In this document: positions 24,822 to 37,370 of the stretch, piece by piece
Layout of the letters: each line of letters begins with the position of its first letter
Numbering within the stretch: the stretch's first letter is position 1
DNA from: Flavobacteriales bacterium
GTDB taxonomy: Bacteria; Bacteroidota; Bacteroidia; Flavobacteriales_F; PHOS-HE28
Length of the DNA: 47,886 bases
Reading direction: 5' to 3'
NCBI GenBank assembly: GCA_044229215.1
Contig: JBGATL010000018.1
Location: 5,068 to 52,953 of the forward strand
The notes under the pieces: model-generated
Seen by the model: the letters and a program-made list of their open reading frames with translations, nothing else
Databases searched by the model: none
What the model was told of the DNA's origin: nothing
Program-made: the position numbers and the translations under genes

Positions 24822-24976
24822 TCGATGACCGTGGTCGCATCATCCGCACCGCAAGGATCACCGGACACAGCACGACGATCCCCACGGCCGGCGTGGCTCA
24901 TGGGCCATATACCCTGATGTTCGCCGATGACCAACACACCGAAGTGCCCATCGGGAACGTCGTCATCGTTCCGTGA
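24749..24976 (+). pseudogene. T9SS type-A C-terminal sorting domain in the -1 frame relative to the M1 peptidase
   Basis: The frame starting at 24749 reads LPNPVSDVLHVRKEGPSIAGSIRLIDDRGRIIRTARITGHSTTIPTAGVAHGPYTLMFADDQHTEVPIGNVVIVP*, with TGA at 24974-24976. It has the canonical (Y/L)PNP..D.L.V start, the G.Y.L core and a hydrophobic tail. Confidence 0.7.
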
Positions 24977-25013
24977 GCAATTCAGCTCCGATCCGTTGAC
25001 CAGCTCCTGATCG

Positions 25014-26873
25014 ATGCGGAACCTCTCGCTCTTCCTCTTGAAGCTCTTCCTCTATTGGTCGGGAGTCTTCCTGCTGCAACAGCTCTGTTTCGTCTTCTGG
25101 GACCTGTCCCGACTGCATGGGATCACGTCCACGGCGGTCGCCGTCAGCTTTCGTCGGGCCCTGGCCATGGACGTGGCCACCACGTGTTACCTCATACTAC
25201 CCGTTGCGATCTGCGGGATCGTCCTCCTGTTCCGCGAGATCCCCGGTCTGCGACGGGCGATCCGGGTACTTAACACCACCTTGGTCCTGATCACCTGCTT
25301 CATCAGTGTGTGCGATATCGCCTTGTTCGGCGCATGGGGCACCAAGGTGAACCACAAGGCCCTCTCCTATCTGGTCTACCCCAAGGAAGCGATGCACGCG
25401 ATCGCTGGAGCACCGTTGGCCCAACTCACCGTGGTCTTCCTGGCCCAATGCGCCATTGCGCTGCTCGTACTTGTCCGCATCGACCATCGCAGGTCATTCC
25501 TGGCGGCCAGGACGTGGCATCGTATTGCTGTGCCGGTATTCCTCCCCGTTGTCCTATTCATAGGGATGCGTGGCGGCGTGCAGCCGTTCCCGATCGATCG
25601 CAGTTGGTCCTTCCATAGCGCGTATCCATTGCTCAACCTCGGCGCGCTCAATGGCACGTGGAACGTGATCGTACTCCTGGCCGAACCACCGGCGATCGCC
25701 ACCAATCCGTACAACTTCATGTCCGATGAAGAGGCGGCTCATCGGTTCACGGCCCTTCATCCACCCGGTAGCGGCGCACCGGAGGCGATCCTCGCGGTGA
25801 AGCGGCCCAACATCGTGCTCATCCTTCTTGAAAGTTGGACCGCTGATGTCGTCAGAGTACTTGGTGGCGATAGTGGCGTGACGCCAGGTTTTGATCGGCT
25901 GGCAAAGGAAGGTCTGCTCTTCACCAACTTCTACAGCACGGGCTTCCGTACGGAACAAGGTTTGTGCGCTACGATCAGCAGCTTCCCATCGCAACCGAAG
26001 ACAACCATCATACGCCAGTACGGGAAGTTCGACCGTCTACCGAGCCTGGTGAACGTACTGGACTCGGCCGGCTACCGATCCACCTATTACTACGCCGGCG
26101 ATGTGGCCTTCGCGAACACGCGCGCCTACCTGGAAACGATGGGGATCGACAAGGTGCATGACGAGAACTCATTCCCGATCAAGCGGCGCACACGGTGGGG
26201 GGCGTACGACGAGGAACTGTTCGCTTTCTACCTTGAGGATGCGAAGGAGGCCACCCCACCATTCCTCCACATGATCATGACCAGCACCAGCCACGAGCCA
26301 TTTGATGTGCCGGTGGATGAAGGGTTCCCGGGCAAGGACCAGCCGCAGCAGTACAGGAACAGCGTACACTACACGGACCGTGTGCTTGCCGAACTCCTTG
26401 AAGCGTGCAAGGCACAGCCCTGGTACGCCAGCACGCTCTTCGTCATCGTTGCCGATCACGGGCATTTCCTACCGCACAACCGGGGTAATCACACGGCCGA
26501 AAGGCATCGCATCCCTTTGCTCTTCACCGGCGGTGCGCTGAGGCCAGAGCTGCGCGGAACGATGAGCGCCACCTTCGGCGGTCATGTGGATCTTGCGGCC
26601 ACACTGCTCAACCAGCTCGGCTTCCCAAGAACACGTTCACCGTGGAGCAAGGACCTGTTCGACACGACCATACCGCACTTCGCCTTCTGGACGTTCGACG
26701 ATGGCTTTGGTATTGCCGATGCGGATCAAAGCCAGGTGTACGACAACCTCTCCGGCTTACGGCTTCAGCGCCGGGACACCACACGCAGCGATGCACAGGA
26801 TGAAGAGCAACTCCGGAATGGGAAAGCGTTGGAGCAGGTGCTCCTCGACCAGTACCTGGACCTGAGCCAGTGA
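25014..26873 (+). CDS. LTA synthase-family / sulfatase-like phosphoglycerol transferase (membrane anchor plus alkaline-phosphatase-superfamily domain)
   Basis: Five N-terminal TM segments, followed by NIVLILLESWTAD, FYSTGFRTEQGL, MTSTSHEPF and FVIVADHGH. Confidence 0.8.
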   Translation: MRNLSLFLLKLFLYWSGVFLLQQLCFVFWDLSRLHGITSTAVAVSFRRALAMDVATTCYLILPVAICGIVLLFREIPGLRRAIRVLNTTLVLITCFISVCDIALFGAWGTKVNHKALSYLVYPKEAMHAIAGAPLAQLTVVFLAQCAIALLVLVRIDHRRSFLAARTWHRIAVPVFLPVVLFIGMRGGVQPFPIDRSWSFHSAYPLLNLGALNGTWNVIVLLAEPPAIATNPYNFMSDEEAAHRFTALHPPGSGAPEAILAVKRPNIVLILLESWTADVVRVLGGDSGVTPGFDRLAKEGLLFTNFYSTGFRTEQGLCATISSFPSQPKTTIIRQYGKFDRLPSLVNVLDSAGYRSTYYYAGDVAFANTRAYLETMGIDKVHDENSFPIKRRTRWGAYDEELFAFYLEDAKEATPPFLHMIMTSTSHEPFDVPVDEGFPGKDQPQQYRNSVHYTDRVLAELLEACKAQPWYASTLFVIVADHGHFLPHNRGNHTAERHRIPLLFTGGALRPELRGTMSATFGGHVDLAATLLNQLGFPRTRSPWSKDLFDTTIPHFAFWTFDDGFGIADADQSQVYDNLSGLRLQRRDTTRSDAQDEEQLRNGKALEQVLLDQYLDLSQ

Positions 26874-26894
26874 CGGGCCTTGCGCCGCCGTCGG

Positions 26895-29334
<2,440 letters not shown>

Positions 29335-29350
29335 TCAGTTGCAGGTCGCG

Positions 29351-29358
29351 CAAAGATA
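29351..29358 (-). promoter_or_regulatory. Candidate Bacteroidota -7 promoter element (TAnnTTTG) upstream of carA
   Basis: The minus strand reads TATCTTTG, 16 nt before the carA ATG. I saw no clear -33 element. Confidence 0.3.
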
Positions 29359-29383
29359 CCCGCCACACCCGGTTCCATGCCCT

Positions 29384-30526
29384 GTGGATCGTCCACAGGT
29401 GTTGATAACGCCGCTACATTTGGACATCGTCCGTAGCTACCACGCCCTCCATCTGCTCGCCCTGCCCAGGTCCCACTGGGTCATCTTCGGGCTTCATCTG
29501 TTCTTGCTCGCGGCCATCGGCACACAGCAAGGTCTGCTGGTGGACAAGGAAGCGCTGAAGTACACCGGATGCGCATCGGCCGTACTCCGGGGCGACCTGC
29601 ACGACCTCGGCGGGAACTACCTGAAGTACGCCGCCTATGTGCTCTTCCTGGTCCCGTTCGTGGCCGTGGGCAAGGTGTGGCCGGTCGTGGTGGCGCAGGT
29701 CCTGTTGGGGATCCTCGCGTCCGAGGCTCTGGGCCGCCTCACGGAACGCACCACGGCCAACATGGGCCTGGGGCGGCTGGCCATGGCACTCTTCCTCCTC
29801 TGTCCATTGATCCAACAATGGGCACTGGCGCTGTACACGGAACACTTCTTCACCTGCATGTCCGTGCTTTTCGTGGAGCGCCTGGACCGCCACCGACACT
29901 TCACCGCCACCGTGATCACCCTGGGCTTGATCACCCTCTTTGCCCGGCCGGTCGGCATGTTCTTCGTAGCACCGGCGACATTCTGGATCTTCCGGGATCG
30001 GGTACCCACCGCCCTGCGTCCGTGGCTCCTTCCCGTGGGCTGCGGACTGCTCTTTGCAGTCGCCTTCTTCATCCTACCGGTAAAAACCGCTCAACTCGCG
30101 CCCATCGCTACCGGACAGGTGATCGCAGGCGTGGATGGAACGGGGAGCCCTGGTCCATTCGGGACCACCTTGGCCAACGCACAGCTCCACCTCTACGCCG
30201 ATGTTGGCCCGTGGGAATGGCTGCGGATCACCGGTCAACGTGCACGCTCCCTGTTCACACTGACCCGCGCGTACTTCTCTCCGCTGCACAACGACCTTGC
30301 CGCTATCTGGTACTTGCTCTACCCCTTGGCCTTGCTCGGCCTGGTGCGCTGGCATCGTCGCCACTTGGTGGCCGTGGCATGCACGACCCTCTGCTTGAAC
30401 ACGCTGCTCATCGCTTTCACGCACGACGAATGGAGCGGTCGCTTCCTTGTGCCGCTGCTCCCCTGCATCATTCTGCTTGCCGTATGTGGGGTGCAGAAAC
30501 CCACGGGCCAAGCGAAGCGTGCATGA
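29384..30526 (+). CDS. Polytopic integral membrane protein, hypothetical (glycosyltransferase-39/83-like topology; start uncertain)
   Basis: About 10 hydrophobic segments. There is no in-frame ATG near the 5' end; candidate starts are GTG 29384, GTG 29399 and TTG 29402. The ORF-track start 29216 overlaps carA and is rejected. Confidence 0.5.
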   Translation: MDRPQVLITPLHLDIVRSYHALHLLALPRSHWVIFGLHLFLLAAIGTQQGLLVDKEALKYTGCASAVLRGDLHDLGGNYLKYAAYVLFLVPFVAVGKVWPVVVAQVLLGILASEALGRLTERTTANMGLGRLAMALFLLCPLIQQWALALYTEHFFTCMSVLFVERLDRHRHFTATVITLGLITLFARPVGMFFVAPATFWIFRDRVPTALRPWLLPVGCGLLFAVAFFILPVKTAQLAPIATGQVIAGVDGTGSPGPFGTTLANAQLHLYADVGPWEWLRITGQRARSLFTLTRAYFSPLHNDLAAIWYLLYPLALLGLVRWHRRHLVAVACTTLCLNTLLIAFTHDEWSGRFLVPLLPCIILLAVCGVQKPTGQAKRA

Positions 30527-30583
30527 TCCCTGGCCATGCCCCAACCCCACCCGTGTTCGGGCGGGCTGCTGGAGCGAAACGAA

Positions 30584-30614
30584 GAAGGGGCCACCCGTGC
30601 TGGACAGCCCCTTC
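30584..30614. terminator. Hairpin between convergent genes (8-bp GC-rich stem, 15-nt loop)
   Basis: GAAGGGGC...GCCCCTTC, located between the membrane-protein stop (30526) and the dodecin stop (30634). Confidence 0.35.
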
Positions 30615-30633
30615 TCCACACCTGATGAACGGT

Positions 30634-30837
30634 TCACTTCTCGATCGCGAAACTGATCTTGCAGTTGATCCGGAACTCCACCACTTTGCCGCGCTCCACC
30701 ACCGCACTCTGGTTGGTGATGTTCACGCTTCGTATGCCGCGCACGGTCTTGCTCGCTTCTTTCACGGCGTTGGCGGCGGCATCCTCCCAACTGCTTTTGC
30801 TGCTGGCGAGTACTTCGATCACTTTTAGAATGGGCAT
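30634..30837 (-). CDS. Dodecin-family protein
   Basis: 67 aa: MPILKVIEVLASSKSSWEDAAANAVKEASKTVRGIRSVNITNQSAVVERGKVVEFRINCKISFAIEK. The size and the KVIE..SS.SWEDA..A...A.KT.R pattern fit dodecins. Confidence 0.8.
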   Translation of the reverse strand: MPILKVIEVLASSKSSWEDAAANAVKEASKTVRGIRSVNITNQSAVVERGKVVEFRINCKISFAIEK

Positions 30838-30896
30838 GGTCCTGGATCTTTGGTTTTGGACAGCCGAAGTTCGGGATGGTCACTCCCATCTCCAAA

Positions 30897-30928
30897 TGCA
30901 AAAGGCGCCCCGTAAGGCGCCCTTTGCA
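30897..30928 (-). terminator. Intrinsic-terminator-like hairpin downstream of rplQ
   Basis: The minus strand reads TGCAAAGGGCGCC-TTACGG-GGCGCCTTTTGCA (12 bp, one A-C mismatch), followed by TTTGG. It starts 18 nt after the rplQ stop. Confidence 0.5.
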
Positions 30929-30945
30929 ATTCGTTCCTGGTGCGA

Positions 30946-31422
30946 TCACTCACTCTTGCCCTCTTCGCCACCTTCTGCCTTGGGAGCAGCGCTCTTCGCA
31001 CTGGTGCGGCGGGTACGGCGCGTCTTCTTCGCCGTGCCTGCGCTCTTCTCCTTCGTGTAGGTGGTGTTGAAGTCCACCAGCTCGATCATCGCCATCTCTG
31101 CTGCATCGCCGAGCCGGTTGCCCAGCTTGATGATGCGGGTGTAGCCCCCCGGACGGCTGGCCACCTTCGGCGCCACATCGCGGAACAACGTGGCCGTAGC
31201 CTCCTTGTTCTGTAGCTCGCTGAAGATCATCCGGCGGCTGTGGGTGGTATCCTCCTTGCTCCTGGTGATCAGGGGCTCCACGAATAGGCGGAGGGCCTTC
31301 GCCTTGGCCAGCGTGGTCTCGATCCGCTTGTGGTCGATCAGCGAGATCGCCAGGTTGCTCAGGAGCGCGTCGCGGTGGGCCTTCTTGCGGCCGAGCGCAT
31401 TGTTCTTGTTTCCGTGTCTCAT
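30946..31422 (-). CDS. rplQ: 50S ribosomal protein L17
   Basis: [45 protein letters not shown]..., with a basic C-terminal tail. Confidence 0.95.
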   Translation of the reverse strand: MRHGNKNNALGRKKAHRDALLSNLAISLIDHKRIETTLAKAKALRLFVEPLITRSKEDTTHSRRMIFSELQNKEATATLFRDVAPKVASRPGGYTRIIKLGNRLGDAAEMAMIELVDFNTTYTKEKSAGTAKKTRRTRRTSAKSAAPKAEGGEEGKSE

Positions 31423-31499
31423 GACAGTATTCCGTTGTCAGTGGTCCGTTGTCGGTGGTTCGCCAAGCGCCTGCCGACCGCCAGCCGCCAACTGGCTTG

Positions 31500-32495
31500 T
31501 TACTCCTTGTCCAGTTTGTACTTGCTCACGTTCATGCCGAAGCTCAGGCCCTTGTTCTCCACCAGGTCCTCCAGTTCGGTCAGGCTCTTCTTCCCGAAGT
31601 TCCGGAACTTCAAGAGGTCGTTCTTGTTGAAGGACACCAGATCACCGAGCGTCTCGATATCGGCGGCCTTCAAACAGTTCAAGGCACGCACGCTCAGGTC
31701 CATGTCCACCAATTTGGTCTTCAGGAGCTGGCGCATGTGCAGGCTCGTCTCATCGAACTCCTCGGTATCGGCGGCCCGCTCCTCCACGTCAAGGCTGATT
31801 CGCTCATCGCTGAACAGCATGAAGTGATGGATCAGGATCTTCGCGGCTTCCTGAAGGGCGTTCTTCGGCGTGATGCTCCCGTCGGAAACCACTTCGATCG
31901 TCAGCTTCTCATAGTCGGTCTTCTCCTCCACCCGGGTGTTCTCCACGGTATACTTCACGTTCTTGATCGGCGTGAAGATGCTATCGATGGCGATGGTCCC
32001 GATGGGGGCGTTCTCCGACTTGTTCTCATCGGCCGGTACGTAACCGCGGCCCTTGCCCACGGTCAGTTCCACATGCAATTTCACACTGCTTTCCATGTGG
32101 GCGATCACCAACTCCGGGTTGAGCACCTGGAATCCGGTGGTGTGTTTACCGATGTCCCCTGCGGTGAAGTTGTCCTTGCCGGTCACGGTGAAGGAGACCT
32201 TCTCGGTGCTCACATCATCGAGTTGACGGCGGAAACGGACCTGCTTCAGATTCAGGACGATCTCGGTCATGTCCTCGATCACGCCCTTGATCGTGCTGAA
32301 CTCGTGGTCCACGCCATCGATCCGAACGGTGGTGATGGCATGGCCTTCGAGGCTGCTGAGCAGGATGCGACGAAGGGCGTTGCCGATGGTGATGCCATAG
32401 CCCGGCTCCAAGGGACGGAACTCGAAGGTGCCGCGCTTGTCGTCGGATTCGATCATCGTGACCTTGTCGGGCCGCTGGAATTCGAGAATAGGCAT
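31500..32495 (-). CDS. rpoA: DNA-directed RNA polymerase subunit alpha
   Basis: The start [51 protein letters not shown] was set at ATG 32495. The 19-aa upstream extension in the ORF track is rejected. Confidence 0.95.
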   Translation of the reverse strand: MPILEFQRPDKVTMIESDDKRGTFEFRPLEPGYGITIGNALRRILLSSLEGHAITTVRIDGVDHEFSTIKGVIEDMTEIVLNLKQVRFRRQLDDVSTEKVSFTVTGKDNFTAGDIGKHTTGFQVLNPELVIAHMESSVKLHVELTVGKGRGYVPADENKSENAPIGTIAIDSIFTPIKNVKYTVENTRVEEKTDYEKLTIEVVSDGSITPKNALQEAAKILIHHFMLFSDERISLDVEERAADTEEFDETSLHMRQLLKTKLVDMDLSVRALNCLKAADIETLGDLVSFNKNDLLKFRNFGKKSLTELEDLVENKGLSFGMNVSKYKLDKE

Positions 32496-32559
32496 GTGTG
32501 CTTGGTCGTTGTTCGTTGGGTTGTTCTTTCCTTCTCCGCGTGCTCGCCCCAAAGGCTTC

Positions 32560-33168
32560 TTACTTGCTGTACAATTCCACGATCAGCTGCTCGCGGATGT
32601 TCTCCGGGATCTGGGCCCGCTCGGGTACCGCGATGTAGCGGCCGCTCATGGTCTGTGGGTTCCACTCCAGCCAATCGAAACGGCGATTGCTCACCGAAAT
32701 GCTGTTGGAAATGGTCTCCAAGGAGCGGCTGCGTTCGCGCACCGACACGTTCTGTCCGGGGCGTAGGCCGAAGCTCGGCACGTTCACCACGGCACCATCC
32801 ACCGTGATGTGGCCATGGCTCACCAACTGACGTGCCGCACGGCGGGTAGGGGCGATGCCCAGGCGGAACACCGTGTTATCCAGGCGCGACTCACACAACT
32901 GGAGCAGCACCTCGCCGGTGATACCCCGCTTGCTCGCGGCCAGGTGGTACATTTTCTCGAACTGGCGTTCGAGGATGCCATACGTGTATTTCGCCTTCTG
33001 TTTCTCGCGCAGCTGGCTGCTGTATTCGCTGTCCTTCTTGCGACGGCGTGCATTGGGGCCGTGCTGTCCCGGTGCGTGGGGCTTGCGCTCCATCCACTTG
33101 TCCGGGCCATAGATCGCCTCCTGGAATTTGCGGGCGATCCGTGTCTTGGGTCCTGTGTAACGTGCCAT
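32560..33168 (-). CDS. rpsD: 30S ribosomal protein S4
   Basis: [15 protein letters not shown]... from ATG 33168; S4 domain [31 protein letters not shown]. Confidence 0.95.
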   Translation of the reverse strand: MARYTGPKTRIARKFQEAIYGPDKWMERKPHAPGQHGPNARRRKKDSEYSSQLREKQKAKYTYGILERQFEKMYHLAASKRGITGEVLLQLCESRLDNTVFRLGIAPTRRAARQLVSHGHITVDGAVVNVPSFGLRPGQNVSVRERSRSLETISNSISVSNRRFDWLEWNPQTMSGRYIAVPERAQIPENIREQLIVELYSK

Positions 33169-33238
33169 GTTCTTTCTTTCGGGTGCCTCAGGCACCAACA
33201 ACGGAGCGTGCGTCCTTCACACTCCTACGGGTTAATGT

Positions 33239-33649
33239 TTATACGCGGCGCTTCTTGGGTGGACGGCAGCCGTTGTGGGGCATGGGGGTGATGTCGATGA
33301 TCTCGGTCACTTCGACACCACTGTTGTGCAGGGCACGGATGGCGCTCTCGCGTCCACCACCGGGACCTTTCACGAAAACCTTCACCTTGCGCAGACCGAG
33401 CTCATGGGCCTCGCGTGCGGCCTCCTCGGCGCTCAACTGTCCCGCGTACGGCGTGTTCTTCTTGCTGCCGCGGAAACCGTTCTTGCCGGAAGAGGACCAG
33501 CTGATCACCTCGCCCTTGTTGTTGGTGAGGCTGATGATCAGGTTGTTGAACGTGGCCTGGATGTGGGCCTGACCGTAGGCCTCCACCACCACGTTCTTCT
33601 TCTTCTTCTTACCAGCGGCTCCGCCGCCCTTGCCTTCTTGCTTTGCCAT
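33239..33649 (-). CDS. rpsK: 30S ribosomal protein S11
   Basis: MAKQEGKGG...[28 protein letters not shown]...[11 protein letters not shown], from ATG 33649. Confidence 0.95.
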   Translation of the reverse strand: MAKQEGKGGGAAGKKKKKNVVVEAYGQAHIQATFNNLIISLTNNKGEVISWSSSGKNGFRGSKKNTPYAGQLSAEEAAREAHELGLRKVKVFVKGPGGGRESAIRALHNSGVEVTEIIDITPMPHNGCRPPKKRRV

Positions 33650-33714
33650 TGTCTTGTTCGATTGGTCGGGTTGAACTCCGATCGCGTCCATGGTGGACGG
33701 ATCATGATCCGTCC

Positions 33715-34092
33715 CTACTTGGTCGCTTTCTTCTTGTTGGCCACGGTCTTCCGCTTGCCCTTACGGGTGCGGCTGTTCGTGCGGGTTCGCTGCCCACGGA
33801 CGGGCAGGCCCGACCGGTGCCGGATGCCACGGTAGCTGCCGATGTCCACCAGACGCTTGATGCTCAACTGCACCTCGCTGCGCAGCGCACCTTCCGTCTT
33901 CACATGCTCGGTGATGTACTGACGGATACGGCCCTGCTCGTCGTCGGTCCAGTCCTCCACCTTCGTCTCGGGATCCACCTCGCACTTCACCAGGATTTCC
34001 AGTGCCGTGCTGCGGCCGATGCCGAAGATGTACGTGAGGCCGATCGCCCCGCGCTTGCTTTTTGGTAGGTCTATGCCTGCGATACGTGCCAT
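33715..34092 (-). CDS. rpsM: 30S ribosomal protein S13
   Basis: [34 protein letters not shown]...[24 protein letters not shown]. Confidence 0.95.
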   Translation of the reverse strand: MARIAGIDLPKSKRGAIGLTYIFGIGRSTALEILVKCEVDPETKVEDWTDDEQGRIRQYITEHVKTEGALRSEVQLSIKRLVDIGSYRGIRHRSGLPVRGQRTRTNSRTRKGKRKTVANKKKATK

Positions 34093-34105
34093 GCTCGTGC
34101 GTTTA

Positions 34106-34222
34106 TCAGCCTTGACGCTGTTTGAACTTCGGGTTCTTCTTGTTAATGATGTACAAACGCCCTTTGCGGCGGACGATCTTGCAATCCGCCGAGCGTGGTT
34201 TGAGGGAGGCCCTGACCTTCAT
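34106..34222 (-). CDS. rpmJ: 50S ribosomal protein L36
   Basis: Not in the ORF track (38 aa). Hand translation of the minus strand gives [38 protein letters not shown]. Confidence 0.9.
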   Translation of the reverse strand: MKVRASLKPRSADCKIVRRKGRLYIINKKNPKFKQRQG

Positions 34223-34242
34223 GATTTCCTGGGTATCGTGCG

Positions 34243-34464
34243 TTAACTCTTGTATCGGAATGAGATCCGGCCGCGGCTCAGATCATACGGGCTCATCTCC
34301 ACCTTCACCTTGTCACCAGGCAGGATCCGGATGTAGTGCATCCGCATCTTCCCGCTGATGCCCGCGATGATCACGTGGCCGTTCTCCAACTCCACACGGA
34401 ACATGGCATTCCCCAGCGCCTCCTTGACGACACCGTCCTGCTCTATCGTTCCTGTCTTGCTCAT
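34243..34464 (-). CDS. infA: Translation initiation factor IF-1
   Basis: [72 protein letters not shown]. Confidence 0.95.
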   Translation of the reverse strand: MSKTGTIEQDGVVKEALGNAMFRVELENGHVIIAGISGKMRMHYIRILPGDKVKVEMSPYDLSRGRISFRYKS

Positions 34465-34537
34465 TCCTTTCGTTTCCTTCCTTTTCCCTGCCGACCTCAG
34501 CGGCCGACGTTGTTCTGCATTCGATGGGCCTGACCTG

Positions 34538-35341
34538 TCAAACCCTTACCATTTCTCCTTTCTGTTCCAGCACATCCTCGATGTACCTGAACGTGGATAG
34601 GACCTCTGCTTTTCCGGGGCGCACCACCACGGTGTGCTCGAAGTGCGCGCTGGGCTTGCCGTCCCGCGACACCACGGTCCAGCCATCACTCAACTGCTTC
34701 ACCTCCTTCACCCCCATGTTGATCATGGGTTCGATGGCCAACGCCATGCCGGTCTGCAAGCGTACACCATGTCCCCGGCGGCCGTAGTTGGGCACTTCGG
34801 GGGCCTCATGCAGCTTGCGGCCCACGCCGTGCCCCACCAACTCCCGCACCACCCCGTAGCCGTTCTTCTCGGCATGGGTCTGGATCGCATTCCCGATGTC
34901 GCCCGTGCGATTGTTCTCCACCGCAGCGGCGATACCGAAGGCCAGGCATTCCTGCGTCACCAGCAGCAGCTTACGCGTCGCCGGTGCCACCTCGCCCACA
35001 CAGAAGGTATAGGCGCTGTCACCATAGAATCCGTTCATGAGCACACCGCAATCCACGCTGGCGACATCACCATCGCGCAACTCCCGGTCGCCCGGAAGGC
35101 CGTGCACCACCTCCTCGTTCACACTGATGAGCAGCGTACTCGGACAGCCGTACAAGCCTTTGAAACCCGGTACACCACCATTATCCCGGATGAACTCCTC
35201 CGCCATCGCGTCGAGCTTCCCGGTGGTCATGCCCGGCCCGATGTGGCGTGCCACTTCAGCCAAGGTCCTACCAACAAGCAAAGAACTCTCCTTCACCAAT
35301 GCGACTTCGTCATCGCTCAGGATGATCACGGCCTTACCCAT
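34538..35341 (-). CDS. map: Type I methionine aminopeptidase
   Basis: Metal-ligand contexts [29 protein letters not shown] and HFEHTV. Confidence 0.92.
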   Translation of the reverse strand: MGKAVIILSDDEVALVKESSLLVGRTLAEVARHIGPGMTTGKLDAMAEEFIRDNGGVPGFKGLYGCPSTLLISVNEEVVHGLPGDRELRDGDVASVDCGVLMNGFYGDSAYTFCVGEVAPATRKLLLVTQECLAFGIAAAVENNRTGDIGNAIQTHAEKNGYGVVRELVGHGVGRKLHEAPEVPNYGRRGHGVRLQTGMALAIEPMINMGVKEVKQLSDGWTVVSRDGKPSAHFEHTVVVRPGKAEVLSTFRYIEDVLEQKGEMVRV

Positions 35342-35345
35342 GATC

Positions 35346-36674
35346 CTATCCCGCCATGCCGTACGCCGCCCCCCCCGAACGACCCTTGATCCGTCCTGAC
35401 TTCATCAGGCCATCATAGTGCCGCATCAACAAGTGACTCTCGATCTGCTGCAGGGTGTCCAACAACACCCCCACCATGATCAACAACGAGGTACCCCCGA
35501 AGAACTGTGCGAAACCCTGTTTCACACCGGCCATCACCGCAAAGGCGGGAAGAATGGCCACCAGACCCAGGAATATGGCGCCCGGCAAGGTGATCCGCGA
35601 GAGCAGCTCATCGATGTGGCCGGCCGTGCTCTTTCCGGGTTTCACACCCGGGATGAAGCCACCATTGCGCTTCATGTCATCGGCCAGTTGGTTCGGATTC
35701 ACCGTGATGGCCGTATAGAAGTAGGTGAACAGCACCACCATCACGAACAACGTGAGGTTGTAGAAGATGCCCTGACTGTTGGCGATGCTCACCAACCAGT
35801 TCGGTGGGGCCTCGAACGCCTGGGCCAGATACATCGGGATGAGCACGATGGCCTGTGCGAAGATGATCGGCATCACGCCGGCCGCGTTCACTTTCAGTGG
35901 GATGTAGTTGCGCACACCGCCGTATTGCTTGTTGCCCTGCACACGCTTGGCGAACTGTACCGGGATCCGTCGGGTACCCTGCACCAGCAGGATGCACCCG
36001 GCGATGATGAGCAGCCAGAAGACCACCTCCACCAACAGGAGCACCAGGCCACCACCACCGGGGCCCATGCGGCCCACAACCTCCTGTGCGAAGCTCTGCG
36101 GGAACTGTGCGATGATCCCGATCATGATGATCAGCGAGATCCCGTTGCCCAATCCACGCTCGGTGATCCGTTCTCCCAACCACATCACGAACAGCGTGCT
36201 GCAGGTAAGGATCACGATGCTCGTGAACAACCAGAACTGGCCATCGGGACGGGCGGTCTCATCGATCGTGGCGTAGATGTAGCTCGGCGCCTGGAACACG
36301 CAGATCAGGATCGTGAGGTAGCGTGTCCACTGGTTGATCTTGCGCCGACCGCTCTCCTCGCGCTGCATCTTCTGCACCGTGGGCACCGCGATGCCGGCCA
36401 GCTGCATGATGATGGATGCGGAGATATAGGGCATGATGCCCAATGCGAAGATGCTCGCACGGGTGAAGGCACCTCCGGTGAAGATCGAGAGGATCTCCAC
36501 CAGGCCTCCGCCACCGCTGGCACCAATGGCCGCGAGCCGCGCGCTGTCCACACCGGGCAGCACGATGAAGCTGCCGATACGGTATACGAGCAGCAGACCC
36601 AGCGTGATGAGGATCCGGTTGCGCAACTCCTCGATGCGCCAGATGTTCTTGATCGTCTCGATCAGGTTCTTCAT
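35346..36674 (-). CDS. secY: Preprotein translocase subunit SecY
   Basis: MKNLIETIKNIWRIEELRNRILITLGLLLVYRIGSFIVLPG...; 10-TM profile, 442 aa. Confidence 0.95.
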   Translation of the reverse strand: MKNLIETIKNIWRIEELRNRILITLGLLLVYRIGSFIVLPGVDSARLAAIGASGGGGLVEILSIFTGGAFTRASIFALGIMPYISASIIMQLAGIAVPTVQKMQREESGRRKINQWTRYLTILICVFQAPSYIYATIDETARPDGQFWLFTSIVILTCSTLFVMWLGERITERGLGNGISLIIMIGIIAQFPQSFAQEVVGRMGPGGGGLVLLLVEVVFWLLIIAGCILLVQGTRRIPVQFAKRVQGNKQYGGVRNYIPLKVNAAGVMPIIFAQAIVLIPMYLAQAFEAPPNWLVSIANSQGIFYNLTLFVMVVLFTYFYTAITVNPNQLADDMKRNGGFIPGVKPGKSTAGHIDELLSRITLPGAIFLGLVAILPAFAVMAGVKQGFAQFFGGTSLLIMVGVLLDTLQQIESHLLMRHYDGLMKSGRIKGRSGGAAYGMAG

Positions 36675-37138
36675 GCCTTCTCTGCTACGGTCACAATGGT
36701 CTCCGTCCTACCTCCCTTGGCCTCAATGGCCGCCTTGGCGGTCGCACTGAAGGCATGTGCCGTGATGTTCAAGGCACTCTTCAGTTCGCCACGACCAAGC
36801 ACCTTCAGCTTGTCCTTCTTGGCGATCAGGCCGTTCGCATAGAGCACGGCGGGATCGATCACCGTGAGCTTCTTCTCATCGGCCAGGTGCTGGATCGCAT
36901 CCAGGTTGATCCCCTTGTACTCCACCCGTGTGGGGTTCGTGAATCCGAACTTCGGAAGGCGACGCGTCAAGGTCGTCTGGCCGCCCTCGAACCCACGCTT
37001 GTGGTTGTAGCCGGCCTGCGCCTTCTGGCCCTTATGCCCTTTCGTGGAGGTGCCGCCACGGCCGCTGCCCTGGCCGCGACCGATACGTTTCTCCTTCTTC
37101 GTGGCCCCTTCTGCGGGCTTCAGTTTGCTCAAGTCCAT
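36671..37138 (-). CDS. rplO: 50S ribosomal protein L15
   Basis: MDLSKLKPAEGATKKEKRIGRGQGSGRGGTSTKGHKGQKAQAGY... Confidence 0.95.
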   Translation of the reverse strand: MDLSKLKPAEGATKKEKRIGRGQGSGRGGTSTKGHKGQKAQAGYNHKRGFEGGQTTLTRRLPKFGFTNPTRVEYKGINLDAIQHLADEKKLTVIDPAVLYANGLIAKKDKLKVLGRGELKSALNITAHAFSATAKAAIEAKGGRTETIVTVAEKA

Positions 37139-37159
37139 GGTCTTGCTCTTCTAAAAGGT

Positions 37160-37339
37160 TCAGGCCTCCTTCACGCTCACCAGGTGCTCCACCTTGGTCA
37201 CCATGCCGCGGATCTGCGGGGTGCCCTCGACCACCACGAACTTGCCGATGCGGCCGAGCCCGAGGGCCTTCAGGGTGTCCTTCTGACGTTTGGGGCACTT
37301 GATCTGGCTGTGCACCTGGGTGATGGTCAACTTGCTCAT
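37160..37339 (-). CDS. rpmD: 50S ribosomal protein L30
   Basis: MSKLTITQVHSQIKCPKRQKDTLKALGLGRIGKFVVVEGTPQIRGMVTKVEHLVSVKEA, from ATG 37339. The longer ORF-track start is rejected. Confidence 0.92.
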   Translation of the reverse strand: MSKLTITQVHSQIKCPKRQKDTLKALGLGRIGKFVVVEGTPQIRGMVTKVEHLVSVKEA

Positions 37340-37370
37340 CGTTCTTCCACCGGCTACCCGGCGGTCCGTT

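Noticed and set aside
26871-26894. A short GACGG/CCGTC hairpin between the convergent LTA-synthase-family gene and eno.
   Set aside because: It has only 5 bp of stem, which is not distinguishable from background in GC-rich DNA.
29569-30828. 419-aa plus-strand ORF in an alternative frame.
   Set aside because: It is Pro/Arg/Gly/His-rich with no hydrophobic segments. The overlapping frame (29384-30526) encodes a coherent polytopic membrane protein, and the 3' end collides with the dodecin gene.
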